A model generated the notes under the pieces. It made no database searches, was not told the DNA's origin, and was given only the letters and a program-made list of their open reading frames with translations. The position numbers and the translations under genes were made by a program. From a bacterium (GTDB taxonomy: Bacteria > UBA8248), in NCBI GenBank assembly GCA_965200245.1, contig CBDATS010000004.1, positions 1,024,001 through 1,088,000 of the forward strand: a stretch of 64,000 nt of DNA, given 5' to 3'. Below are positions 21,313 to 32,810 of the stretch, in pieces. Positions within the stretch are counted from its first letter, which is position 1. The number at the start of each line of letters is the position of its first letter.

Positions 21313-22119
21313 TCAATCCCCGGGGGGCGCGCCAGCGCCGTGACCGTCTTTTCTGAGCTCTCTCCAGATGTGCGCCCTCAGTTCGGCGAACTCCTTCGTG
21401 CCGCGCACGTCATGGTCCCACCTCGGACGGGGAATACCGACGTACAGGATTTCCGCGATTCTTCCCGGACGGGCAGACATGACGACCACGCGGTCGGCGA
21501 GATAGATGGCTTCGTCGATGCTGTGGGTGATAAAAATGACCGTCTTTTTCTCCTAGTTCCAGATGCGTAACAATTCCTCCTGCATGTATTCCCGCGTCTG
21601 GGCATCAAGCGCGCCGAAGGGCTCGTCCATCAGTATGACTACCGGGTCGATGGCGAGCACCCTCGCGAGCCCGACGCGCTGCTGCATGCCGCCCGAGAGT
21701 TCGTGGGGATAGTAGTGTTCGAACCCGGAAAGACCGACGACATCGATCCACCGCTGGACGATGGGTTTTTGCTGTCTGGGCTCCATGCCCGCAATCTCGA
21801 GCCCGATGGCGACGTTGTCCGCCACCGTCCGCCAAGGGAGTAATCCGAACGTCTGAAACACCATGCCCCTGTCCTGGGCGGGAGCGTCGACCACTCGTCC
21901 ATCGATCAGGATTTCTCCCGCGTCGGCGGGAACCAACCCGTCGATGATGCGCAAGAGTGTCGTCTTCCCGCAGCCACTGGGTCCCACGATGCAGACAAAC
22001 TCCTGGTCTGCCACTTCGAACGATACGTCCCTCAGCGCTTCGACAGCGCTTTCCTCACGCCCGCTGCCTCTTCTCACGAACGTCTTCGAAATGTTTCGGA
22101 TGAGGATTTTCGAACCCAC
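21313..22119 (-). pseudogene. NitT/TauT ABC ATP-binding protein with in-frame TAG (21553-21555)
   Basis: Walker A/B intact; reads [28 protein letters not shown] in one frame. Confidence 0.88.
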
Positions 22120-22128
22120 GAAATCCCC

Positions 22129-23167
22129 TTATTTGCCGCCCAGTTTCTTGAGCACCGCCGCCAGGAACTGGGGTGCTACGTGGTCGTTCGTGATGCGGAA
22201 TCCCTTGTCGTACTGCATCTTCTTGGCTTCGCCCTTCGCGTTATTACCAAACCAGGCGAGACTCTTCTGCAGCGTTTTGAGGAGCGGCGCACCACCGTTT
22301 CGCGGCCACAGCTTATATTTCACGAAGTCCTTGTGCCCCTGCCAAAGAAGCTTCTCGTCGTTGTAAGGCGCGCGTTTCTTGAGGGCGACCGCAAAGCGCT
22401 TGGGGTCATCGTACGCGAGGCGCATCCCCTGAACGGCGGCCGTCACAAGCGCCTGCGCGGTAGCGGGATTTTCTTTCACGAACTTCTGCGTTGCCACCAA
22501 CATGGGGCCGACGACATCAGGGGCGACTTCGCCGAACACTGAAAGCACCTTGTATTTGCCGGTGTTGATCGCCTCGTTCGCGTCGATGAGAGCGGCGACA
22601 GTGGCGTCGAGCTTGCCCGCGAGGAGCGCCGCGATACGGTTCTCACCCCCCCCCCCGTAAGTAGTGCATCTTGTAATCGTTTCTCTTGTAGCCCGAAACC
22701 GCGGCGTAGTAGTCGATAATCGACGCGCTGATGCCCGCGGGGGCGTGGACGGCGACTCTTTTCCCCTTGAGGGCCTTGAGATCATTGATGTCGTTTCTCG
22801 CAATGACGCCCCAGACGAGTTTCTGCTCGGAGACGGCGAGCGAAACGAGTTTCGCCCCCTTGGCGACCACCCGGGCAAATACGGAGAATGTCAGGTAACC
22901 GACATCCACCTTGCCGGATGCCAGCGCTCTCGCCACAGAGCCCTGGCCTTTCAGGATCACGGGCTTGACCGTGGTATCCTTCATGAACAGGTCCCAGCCG
23001 ACGACCATCGCGCCTTTTTCCATATCCAGCCCGGCGGGGTAGACGACGTTTATCGTCTTGGCCGCGTGGACAGGAGCGGACGTCGAAACGAGCAGAAGGC
23101 CCAGGGCCATCACCGCCACCGTGCAGAACAGACCGAACCGGGTTTTGATTCTTGCAAGATGTCTCAT
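22129..23167 (-). pseudogene. NitT/TauT substrate-binding protein, frameshifted at a G11 tract (22646-22656)
   Basis: signal peptide, LKGKRVAV; ...YLRGG / ENRIAALLAGKLDA; removing one G restores the frame. Confidence 0.82.
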
Positions 23168-23246
23168 TTCTTTCCCTCCTTGAGTTTGAAATCGGAAAAG
23201 ATGCCTTCTTACAAAAACGCTCCGCAACTACTGCGGTTCGATGCGT

Positions 23247-24101
23247 CTATCCCTCTGCAGGCGTGGGAGCCGTGCGTGCATTACCCTCGAATCCCCCCCG
23301 GATGGTGCTCGTCTCCTTCCAGGGGAACAGGCGACTTTCCATCGCCTTGATGAGGCGCACCGACCCCACGCCAAGCATCACGATGACCACCAGGACGGCG
23401 AAGATCACATCCGTACGGAACACCGCGCTGTAGGTAACGATCATCCCACCGAGACCCGTTGTCGCGAGGAGCAACTCCGCGATCACCATGCCGCGAATCG
23501 CTCGCCCCAGCCCCAATCGAACGCCGGACATAACGAAAGGAGCGGCGGCAGGGAGGATCACCTTGAGAAAAATCTGCTTCTGGGTCGCGCCTAGCGAGCG
23601 GACGGGCTCCACGAGTTCATAGCGTACGTCGCGCACGCCGTTGAATGTGTTGATGACGATGTCGAAGAAACAGAACGAGAACACGACGACGACGCGCGCC
23701 TCGATGCCAATCCCGAACCAGATGATGATCATGGGGATCAGGGCGGAGACGGGCGTGACGAAAAAAGCGGCGATGTACGGTTCGAAGAAACGCTCGACGG
23801 ACTCGAACCGGCCCATGAGCATCCCCAGCGGTATCGCCGTCGCCATTGCAAAGGCGAACCCCACCGCGAACGCTTGCAGGCTCACCATGAGCGCGAAGAG
23901 CAACTCGCCCGAGAGTACCACCTCGTTCAGCGCGGCGACGACCTGCGTAGGACCGGCGAGAAAAAGCGGACCAACGACATGACCCGTTACCTCCCAGGCG
24001 ATCAGCGCGAACAGGTAGGAAGTGCCACGTATCAGTCGATCCCGCGACCAGTACTCGCGACGGAAAAGGATGAATCCTGCCTCTCCCTTATCGGCCTTCA
24101 T
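23247..24101 (-). CDS. NitT/TauT ABC permease
   Basis: PLGMLMG, IIWFGIG, SLGA, LPAAAP, GMVIAEL. Confidence 0.9.
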   Translation of the reverse strand: MKADKGEAGFILFRREYWSRDRLIRGTSYLFALIAWEVTGHVVGPLFLAGPTQVVAALNEVVLSGELLFALMVSLQAFAVGFAFAMATAIPLGMLMGRFESVERFFEPYIAAFFVTPVSALIPMIIIWFGIGIEARVVVVFSFCFFDIVINTFNGVRDVRYELVEPVRSLGATQKQIFLKVILPAAAPFVMSGVRLGLGRAIRGMVIAELLLATTGLGGMIVTYSAVFRTDVIFAVLVVIVMLGVGSVRLIKAMESRLFPWKETSTIRGGFEGNARTAPTPAEG

Positions 24102-24260
24102 CGGCGCGATTCCTCTCGGACTCCGCACAGCCTGGATAATGGCCCACTTATTATGTTGTAAGCGACTTGCACGTAGAGTATATCATTCTCCGCTCGCCCA
24201 CAATTCGAATCGGGGTTCCTCCGAAAAGCCGGAGTTCGCGCTCCGGCGCACAACGCGTAT

Positions 24261-25414
24261 CTAGTTCCCGACCCACTCAAGGATGTCGTACCCGCCGTTC
24301 CTGTCCACGATATGATAGAGGCCGTCGACATCCTGAACACGTCGTTCGTCTGAGTGGCTTCGTAACCCTTACCGGGTTCGGGGATGTAGTAGCTGACCTC
24401 TTCCACGCTCCATGGATCGGAGATGTCGACCATGCGCAAACCGCCCCCGAACCAGGCCACGGCGAAACGGGTCTGCTCACCGTAAATTTGCTCCTGGGGT
24501 TGGTGGCAACCGTACCAGAACTTTGGATCGTAGGGTTCATCATCCTTGCGTGCGCGATAGGTAGCAATGGGGACGGGGTTTGTCTCCTCGGTAACGTCGA
24601 CGATCCACAAAAAGGCGTTGGGCGTAGGCGCCAGCCTGTCGGAGACTTCCTCGTCGTTCACGATGAGAATTTTCCGACCCTTGATCGTATACGGCAGGGG
24701 CATCGCCGTGTGGGTGGGGCACGGATAGGGCGGACTCCAGTCGACATGGACGATGGGTTTGGGCTTCGAGAGGTCCGTTACGTCGTGAATGTACCATCCG
24801 TGATGCCACCATCCACTGTAGAGGCGGTTCCCAAGCCGGAACGGGTGGTGACAGCGCACGCGCCTGCCTTCGGGCAAAGGCTCCTCTCCGCCGCCCACCC
24901 ATTGGCCGGGCACCCACCAGAGCGCGGTGTACTCGGGTTTTTCGGGTTCCTTCAAATCCAGGATGCCCAGTATGTTGCCCACGTATCCCTCGGGTGCCGG
25001 CGAACCGTAGCAATAGCGCCCATCGAAGGTGAACCGGTGGTAACCCCATTCACCTGCTTCCACGAACGCTATTTCGCGGGGGTTCGTTTTGTCCGAGATG
25101 TCGAATATCTTGAGGCCGCCCCTGGGCGTTTCCGGCCCTTCATAGAAACGGAACTTCTCGTAGTTCACCAACATCAGGTCCCCGTCCACGCGAACCTTGT
25201 GCGAGTGGATGTTGGGCGGGACTTCCAGACGGCAGGCCACTATGGGATTCCTGCGGTCCGAAATGTCCAGTATGGTCGTGCCGTCGGGCGGGCGCATGTG
25301 GGAAAGATACGCGTAGTGTCCCTCCACGACCACCTGACCCGCACCCGGCATGTTGTCGATTCGAGCTACCGACCTGAAGCCCTTGTTCAGTCCGAACGGT
25401 CCGTATTTCGCCAT
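24261..25414 (-). CDS. LVIVD-repeat beta-propeller protein; 1-nt frameshift near 24333 affects the last blade
   Basis: repeated (I/V)xD(I/V)(S/T)D...P blades; TNDVF then DVDGLYHIVDRNGGYDILEW* in a shifted frame. Confidence 0.8.
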
Positions 25415-25488
25415 CTCCTGCTCCTCTGGATATATTTCCTTGCACCAATACGGGGCGCGTGACGTCCCTATGAAGAAAAGCCGTACGG

Positions 25489-26493
25489 CTATTCCGAACC
25501 GACCCGGAACAGGCGCGCGGCGTTTTTCCAGAAAATCTGCTCTTTTGTCTTCTCGTCAAATTCCCTGGACGCAAGTATCGTCTCTGCGCTCTGGCACATG
25601 TTCTGCGCACCGAAAAACGGATCGTCGCTGCCGTAGAGAACCTTCTCCGCGCCAAGGAGCCCGGTGGTGTATTCCAGAGGCGCGAGGTGATATGCGATGG
25701 CATCGATATGAAACCGCGCGAAGTAATCCCTTGGCTCCCCCCATTTCCATTCGCCTGCGAACATCCGGAAACCCTCGCTCAATCGGCCCCAGAGGAAGGG
25801 AATCGTTCCGCCCATGTGGGAGAGCATCATCTGAAGGCCCGGCAAATCCGGGAGAATACCGCTCAGAACGAGGCGCGAGGCCGCCAGGGTGGTATCCATC
25901 ACAAAGCCCACCGTGACATCAAGGCGATAGTCGCGCAGGCGCAGACCTTCAGGTCCGGGGCGCGGCATGGGGTGCACGAAGAGCGGAAGGTCCATCTCCG
26001 CCGCCGCCTCGTAAAACGGGATGAACTCGGGAGAATCGATGTCCTTCGTCCCGACGGTGGTGGGAATCATCGCGCCCCGAGCATCCAAATCGCGCGCGGC
26101 GCGTTCGAGTTCCGAAACGGCAGTGTCCACGTCCTGAAGGGGTACGGCGGCGAGAGCGACGAAATGCTCCGGATAACGCCGGACGACACGTGCCATCTCG
26201 TCGTTAAACGCACGGCAAAGTTCCGCTCCGAGTTCCGGTTCGGCCCAATAGACCATCGGCGGGCCCAGGGAGATGACCTGCATGTCCACTCCCGAGGCGG
26301 CCATCTGTTCCAAGCGAAAGTCCAGATCGAAAAAATCGCGGGAGAAGGTGAAGAATTCACGCCCTGCCACGACGAGCCTGCGTTCTCCGTTCGCGCCCTC
26401 TCGCCTGACCTCGATGGCGTGGTTATCACCCTGTCCCTCGATAAGGCCCAGGAAACGATCCGGGTAGAAATGCGCGTGAGCGTCGATTCTCAT
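25489..26493 (-). CDS. amidohydrolase_2 (ACMSD/LigW-like)
   Basis: IDAHAH, LFVHP, SHMGG, YGSDDPF, NAARLF. Confidence 0.9.
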   Translation of the reverse strand: MRIDAHAHFYPDRFLGLIEGQGDNHAIEVRREGANGERRLVVAGREFFTFSRDFFDLDFRLEQMAASGVDMQVISLGPPMVYWAEPELGAELCRAFNDEMARVVRRYPEHFVALAAVPLQDVDTAVSELERAARDLDARGAMIPTTVGTKDIDSPEFIPFYEAAAEMDLPLFVHPMPRPGPEGLRLRDYRLDVTVGFVMDTTLAASRLVLSGILPDLPGLQMMLSHMGGTIPFLWGRLSEGFRMFAGEWKWGEPRDYFARFHIDAIAYHLAPLEYTTGLLGAEKVLYGSDDPFFGAQNMCQSAETILASREFDEKTKEQIFWKNAARLFRVGSE

Positions 26494-27422
26494 CGAACGC
26501 TCAACGCCCGGTAAACATTCCTGACGTTCCAGGGCATCCACTCCGGGTACCGGGGAAGATGTTTGTAATCGGCGAGTCTTACGCGCGCGACTGCCTCGTC
26601 CTCGCTCATGCCCTCCCTGAGTGCGTCTGAGACGCCGCCCCGAAGAGCGGCGAGCATGTCGCGGAAATCGGCGATTTCCTTCAAGCCCACGGGCTTTCCG
26701 TGTCCCGGAATCACCTGCCCGATGTTCAGTCCACAGACATATTTCAGTGCCGATATCCACCCGTCCACATCGCCGTCCCCAAGCCACGGGAAGCGACCGA
26801 CGAAGAGCAGGTCGCCCACGAAAACGATACCGTCCTCTGGGAGATAGGCGATGACGTCTCCGTCGCAGTGGGCGGGACCCAAGTATTCCAGTGAGATGGA
26901 GCGCTGCTCCAGATGGAAGGTGAACCGATCGGCAAAAGTTTGCGTGGGCGGCGCGGCGACGTAGGCCGCGCATTCCGGCCCGCCGAGCCTGCCCCGGAAC
27001 CACTCCCAAGCGGGGTCCCCGGCGGGAATGAGCTCGGTAATGTCAGGCCCGAACATACACGCGACCTTTGTCTCGAAATCGGTGAAGGAATCTCCCCGCG
27101 TCACGTCCGCACCCAAGACCTCGCGGAATTTATCGAGTGTAATTTCGTGTGCGAGGACTGGCGCGTCCGAGGCGAACACCGAACCTCCCGCCGAGTGGTC
27201 GAGATGATAGTGCGTCAGCGCGAGACATTGAAAAGAGTGCTCGCCCGTCGCTTCCAAAGCAGAGCGGAACTTCTCCGCCAGGGGGATGTGTTGCTGCGCG
27301 TCGAGTACTATCCAGCCCTCGGATGTGGAGAACGCACCTGCATTCGAGTCTCCACCCTCTCCGATGAACGCATAAACGTCCTCGGCGAGGGTGATGAGTC
27401 CCGCATCAGAATCTTTCGCCAT
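26490..27422 (-). CDS. MBL-fold metallo-hydrolase
   Basis: THYHLDH (HxHxDH), PAHCDGD, GDLLF, IPGHG. Confidence 0.9.
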   Translation of the reverse strand: MAKDSDAGLITLAEDVYAFIGEGGDSNAGAFSTSEGWIVLDAQQHIPLAEKFRSALEATGEHSFQCLALTHYHLDHSAGGSVFASDAPVLAHEITLDKFREVLGADVTRGDSFTDFETKVACMFGPDITELIPAGDPAWEWFRGRLGGPECAAYVAAPPTQTFADRFTFHLEQRSISLEYLGPAHCDGDVIAYLPEDGIVFVGDLLFVGRFPWLGDGDVDGWISALKYVCGLNIGQVIPGHGKPVGLKEIADFRDMLAALRGGVSDALREGMSEDEAVARVRLADYKHLPRYPEWMPWNVRNVYRALSVR

Positions 27423-28190
27423 ATCAGCTCCTTGGTATCTGGCATAGCCTTCCTGCCACGCAGCGAAGGTGGCATTCAATGTCGCTGTTGCTGATAGCGT
27501 CATTAATCCCTTGCGTGTACCGAGCCTTCTGTATTGGCAGTGAAATCAATGCACCAAATTGACGTTATCCCTAATATACATTTTCTCAAGTCTGGATCGG
27601 TATTTGCTCTTTGTAACATGAAATCAAAACGAAAGCGGGTCGCGAAAAGTCTTTGGAAAAGGATTGTTTTGCAGGAATATCAACATGAAACTTCACGAGC
27701 AGCAAGAACGCCTCTCCGCACAAAACAGGAGGAAACCGAAGGGAATGATACGGTGAAAAATCCTGATACGGAGGTGGCAAGGAACTGTGTAATTCCGATG
27801 CATTTCGTCACGAAAACGTCATTCTCGTTTGATGATCTCCTCACACTGTTCATCACCCAAGAGGATGAGGAACCGGGGAAGGCGTTTGGGCCAAACTTTG
27901 CAGGACAGTCTGACAGGGGCCCGCCAGAATGCGCGGGAATTTGAATCGACCCGTTTTCGGTTTGATTGCACTTTCTGGAAAGCAGGTTCGATCGAGATTA
28001 ACTGTATCATTAAATATAATAATTACAATATGATAGCGGGAATCCAGTGCCGATGAAAATTGCTCGAAATATCCGAATGCCAATGCCATCCGTTAAATAG
28101 CAGTATTATTCACCGCATTTCGTGCGGTCATTTTACTTGCTTATGCAGTGAATAGAGGGAATAATCACCGCAAACAATACGGTGAATAAT

Positions 28191-29291
28191 ATGTGGATAT
28201 ACGAACACAATAGCTGGCCGGACTTCACCTGGGACGACCGAAAGCTCGCCGAAGTTCGGCATTGTCAGGGTCGTCTGCTCGGCAGGATGGAAGGGTTGGG
28301 TTTTGAACTCAGGCTTGAGGCAAGCCTCAGGATGCTGACGAATGATGTGGTGAAGTCATCAGCTATCGAGGAAGAGCACCTGAGCCCTCAAGAGGTGCGC
28401 TCATCCATCGCCCGACGCCTGGGCATGGATGTTGCCGGGCTTGCTTCACCGAGCCGTGATGTCGAGGGCATTGTGGAAATGATGCTTGATGCAACACAGC
28501 AATTTCCCGAACCCCTGACAAGAGAGCGTTTGTTTGATTGGCATGCAGCGCTGTTTCCGGCAGGCCGAAGCGGGATTCGTCGTATTGTGGTTGGAGGTTG
28601 GCGCACCGCCGAAACCGGTCCCATGCAGGTTGTTTCCGGCCCGATTGAACATGAAAAGATTCATTTCGAAGCACCGAATCCGGAGTGCCTGTAACATGAG
28701 ATGGGGGCGTTTCTGGAATGGTTCGAGGGTGAAAACAGTATCGATCCTGTTCTGAAAGCCAGCATTGCTCATCTGTGGTTTGTCACGATCCATCCCTTCG
28801 AGGATGGCAACGGCCGCATTGCAAGAGCCATAACTGATATGGCCTTGGCGCGTTCAGACGGCACGACGGATCGTTTCTATAGCCTTTCCACACAAATGGA
28901 ATCCGAGCGCAAGGATTATTACGCTCAACTGGAAAAACAACAACGCAGCACACCGGAAATAACGGGCTGGCATGAATGGTTCCTCGATTGCCTGGGCCGC
29001 GCAATCAGCAATGCGGGTAACACATTGCGCAACGTTCTGTTCAAGGCGCAGCTTTTGGGAAAAATGAACCAGCAGCCTGTCAACGACCGCCAGCGACTGA
29101 TTGTGAATCGTATGCTCGAGGATGACTTCGAGGGGCATATGCAGACTTCGAAATACGCCAGACTGGCGAAGTGCTCTGCAGATACGGCCCTGCGGGATAT
29201 TCAGGATTTAAAAGCCCACGGGATATTTATCCAGAATCCCGGTGCCGGACGGAGTACGAGCTATCGCTTGCCGAATCGCCTTTCAGGTTAA
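28191..29291 (+). pseudogene. Fic family protein (DUF4172 N-terminus) with in-frame TAA (28692-28694)
   Basis: WPDFTW, SSAIEEE, HPFEDGNGRIAR, C-terminal HTH; reads ECL*HEMGAFLEWF in frame. Confidence 0.9.
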
Positions 29292-29612
29292 GTCCTCAAT
29301 TTGATTCAGAAGTTCAAAACCACCGGAGGCGAAACGTGATGGCTGGCACCGTCAACAAGCGCATCCGAATCGACGAGCAGGCCTAGCGTCACCAATTTCC
29401 ATTTGCGGTTCAATTCTTCCTTGCTGGGCATCTTGTTTCCCCACTTCGGCTTCCTGTCAACCTTGGACAATATCAATTGGGAATTATATTTTCACCTTTA
29501 TAAATACCGGCTTTCAGGAAACTGTATGTTGGCGGGTGGAGCCAGACCGGCAACATCGGGAATTTCGGTGGCAGGTTCCGTTATCTGTTTCCGGTACTTC
29601 GTCGAAGGTCGC

Positions 29613-29912
29613 CTACAGTTTCCTGTTCATGCGTCCGTGGCGTACGTGAAGTACCTCGACCACATCGCCGCTGATGAGGTACAGTACACGTTAATCACCG
29701 ATAATCAGATGTCGTATGCCCTGCTGGATATCCGCATCCTCCGGTGCCAACTTGCAGCGTTCAACCAGCAGGTCGATCCCCTCGATAGCCCCGATAATCT
29801 GCAGATACCAATTCAGCGCATTTTGTGGAGACTCTTCGGCTATCTGACAGTATCTCCATTCAAGATCGTTTTCCGCTGTCGGCTTGATTTCAATATGGTA
29901 TTTCTTCTTCAA
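29613..29912 (-). pseudogene. RelE/ParE family toxin with premature TAA (29691-29693)
   Basis: TAENDL..IAEESP..A, RCKLAPE, IRHLIIGD*RVLYLI....VEVLHVRHG. Confidence 0.88.
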
Positions 29913-30184
29913 TGGGTAATGTCGTGCCTGGACTCAAACCCGTCGGTAAATTCCCGGAGCGGTCGGCCCTCCTCCACCATGGCTTGCCTGATGTTTTTAA
30001 GGCTTTCGGCATACTCCGCAAGTGCAGCCATTTTCTCGTAGGTTTCGGCGTCTTGGACAACCACCGCGGCCTTGCCGTCGACCGTAAGTATCTCCGGGCG
30101 CTTGCTTTCAGACAACCGTTCGATGTGCTCCATCGGTTTGCGGCTGAATTCCGTCACCGTATAAATATCCGAACTTCGAAACAT
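29909..30184 (-). CDS. Phd/YefM family antitoxin
   Basis: IYTVTEFSR, RPEILTVDGKAAVVVQDAETYE; ATGA overlap with the toxin. Confidence 0.9.
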   Translation of the reverse strand: MFRSSDIYTVTEFSRKPMEHIERLSESKRPEILTVDGKAAVVVQDAETYEKMAALAEYAESLKNIRQAMVEEGRPLREFTDGFESRHDITH

Positions 30185-30655
30185 TCTCCCCGTCTCCTGG
30201 ACAAAGGAAAAGTAAAATTCTTCTCTGTTTATGTGAAATTTCAACTGTTTGGCAAGCTACGATTCGCATATCCACCCCTGAATTATGGCTGAATCCGGTA
30301 CGTGGATAGAATGGGAAGCTGAATCGATAGCTCGTTCAAGAACGCAGGTATTCTCTGCTGTCGCCTGTAATCTTGAGAATCGCCCGGGGTCCTGAACCAT
30401 TTCTTTGGCTTCAAAAAATTACAGACGAACTCCGTTCCAGTTGATTTCGGCCCTGTTTGGATTTTTGGATAGTAGTGTGAATATCATTTGTCACAGTCTC
30501 GACTATCCTGGCGCCATTTGACCCGATTTTTGCACGTTCGACAACCAAAGATACGTTGCTACAAAGCCTGGTCTAGGTACATGGAGTTTTGTAATGTACA
30601 AGACATGGGATGCAACAGTTGCCGCTGCCATTATGGACTGCAGGGCTAATTTCCG

Positions 30656-31385
30656 GAGTTAGCAAAGAACTATGCTCAAAAAGCTTTGTGTTCAGGCAGC
30701 TTGTCGAGCACGTTCGCGGTCCTGTGCACCCGGCGGCGCTGTACCCGGGTCTCGGGATACACCTCGGCCAGGGCCGACCGGAACCCTGGCCCCCCGTCGC
30801 CCACCGCCAGCCTTGCCGCCTTCACACCCCGGTCCCTTGAACTCAACAACACCGCCTTCCAGCTCTCCCTCGACTCGCGGAACCCCGCCCCCAGGGCCAG
30901 GAAGTGCTTGCGACCGCGCGTGTCGCAGCCCACTGCCACCAGGAGACACCGTCTCTCCCCGCTGCGCACGTCTCGTCTTCTTCAGATACGGCGGCAGCAA
31001 CTCCGGGCGGAAGCACCGGCCCTGTCCCGCGTCCGCGGCACACGGACCCGTACCGGGCCGATCCCCGTCAGTACCTCCCGCGACGGGAGCCAGCCGTTGC
31101 GCACGGGCCCGCGGCGACCCCGGGCGTCGCGCGCGGCCTCGTGCTCCTCCGGGAAGTTCCGCAGTTCCGCCTCCACCGCCTGGCGGATGATGCGCTGCGC
31201 GCCCGCGCGCAACAGTTCACTCAGTTCGTCCCGAAAGGCTGGATTCACGAAGGGAATCGTCGTATCTTCCTGCATGGTGGTGCATCTCCTCCTTGCTGAA
31301 TGACCGGGCTGTGAACAACCCCGGTTCAGCAGGGATGCGCCGCCTTCTTCAATTCAGCCCCATACACCAGATCCGACAGTAACTC
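30656..31385 (-). mobile_element. IS256-family element remnant (internally deleted, frameshifted transposase)
   Basis: DELSELLRAGAQRIIRQAVEAEL, VRNG, VRVPRTRDR, ESRESWK..L...RG, AVGDG, QR.RVH..ANVL; one recognisable terminus GAGTTACTGTCGGATCTGGTGTATGG ending at 31385; left boundary approximate. Confidence 0.85.
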
Positions 31386-31460
31386 TGGTGAAAAAAGCAA
31401 CGAAGATATTCACGTAATTTGATTGCCCGGAGAATTAACTTTTATAGGATCCCTTAACTT

Positions 31461-32657
31461 ATGGCTCTTGAATTCGATTTTTTGTCTAAGTTGGAGTATT
31501 TGCCAACCGAATCTATCTTGGAAATTTTGCGTTCAAAAGATCGTCCAACCGGTACTGCCGACTTGACGATAGAAAATCAAATATCTCCGGCAGATCTATT
31601 TTGCTATCTACACGCACGTTACGGTCCCCCTAATGGCATTCAAAATTTCTTAAGACAGGATAGTTCGGACAACTTGTTCCATTGGGAATGGACATTTCGT
31701 TACGGTAGTGGATTGCTGCTCATACAAGGAGCTAATTTCCGCACACACATCACGTTTATCGGTGATTGTGGCGTTGAGGATAGCGACCTGAATAAATTCA
31801 TAACCTGTGTAAAAGCAGATTTCCAAAATCAGAGCAAGGGCATGGCAAAGTGCCGGGAATCACTGGAATTATGGGTTGAATTCATTAATCCGTACCAGCG
31901 CCTGCGTCGAGCAATAGACCAACTTGTCGAGGAACTTACCACAATAAAACCAGACGAATTAACGGAACCTTCATCTCTACTCTCATCATCTGACCGCTCG
32001 GTTCAACAAGCAATTGTTGAACAATGGGAAAACGCTGCCAATCGATTGAGCAAAGCTTTCGGGATTTTTTTGGAATCCGTTCCATGCTTCCTGTGTTGGC
32101 GGAAGCATTCGTAAACTTATTGCTCTACATTTTGATGCGCCCAGAACTAAAAACAAACAAAAGGTTGAGGGAGAATGCATTTAAACAAAACATCGATGTT
32201 CGTGTACAGAGCTTATCTTTTAAATTGTCGTGGATTTAAGCAAGCAGTTGATTTCTCTGATCCAATCTGTCGGCGATTTCATTCAATGATGAATAAGAGA
32301 AACGACTTGTTGCATGGCAACATGGCAATCAACGAACTTCAATTCAACGAGACTTATTTTTTGGGCAACGTACCGATATTCAAAGAATATCGGTCAATGT
32401 GGAATCGCGCGTTTGAGAATCAGAGAAAATCATTTGGTCTCGACAAAGTCTCAGGAGAAATTGCCACTGTCACAGAATTTATCGAGTACGTGTTGTCATG
32501 TTTAGATGATCATATTCGAACCAATGTTGAGCAGGTTATTTCCAGACTTGAACTTGGTCTAAATAAAAAAGAAGATCGGGTGGGCGTTCTTTTCCCGGAG
32601 CATTTGGTAGATTTTTGGGCTGGGCCGGATTCTAAGTCCGATAAGACGAAAGGCTAG
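31461..32657 (+). pseudogene. uncharacterised ~400-aa protein with C-terminal HEPN-like RxxxxH motif, split by two frameshifts
   Basis: AT-rich; frames join at T7 (32065-32071) and TTTTAAA (~32220); AEAFVN then RNDLLH. Confidence 0.55.
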
Positions 32658-32810
32658 GTCCGTGTGGTCATTGAAGGGCATTCCACGAAGTTGGCGCCCT
32701 CCAACTCAACTTGTTCTTTTGATGGCATATTGCTTGAAGGGATGTAAACATCCTTGAGCAAGAATTTAGAGGAGTGATTACTTTGTAATTACAGGAGGAA
32801 TTAGATGAAT

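Noticed and set aside
27534-28100. ORFs in the AT-rich gap before Fic; also those at 8949-9248, 19854-20263, 33217-34140, 39834-40349 and 53500-54050
   Set aside because: No recognisable motifs or convincing starts; probably degraded or non-coding DNA.
30656-30680. Left terminal inverted repeat of the IS256 remnant
   Set aside because: Only GAGTTA matches the other terminus and no target duplication is evident, so the element is treated as truncated.
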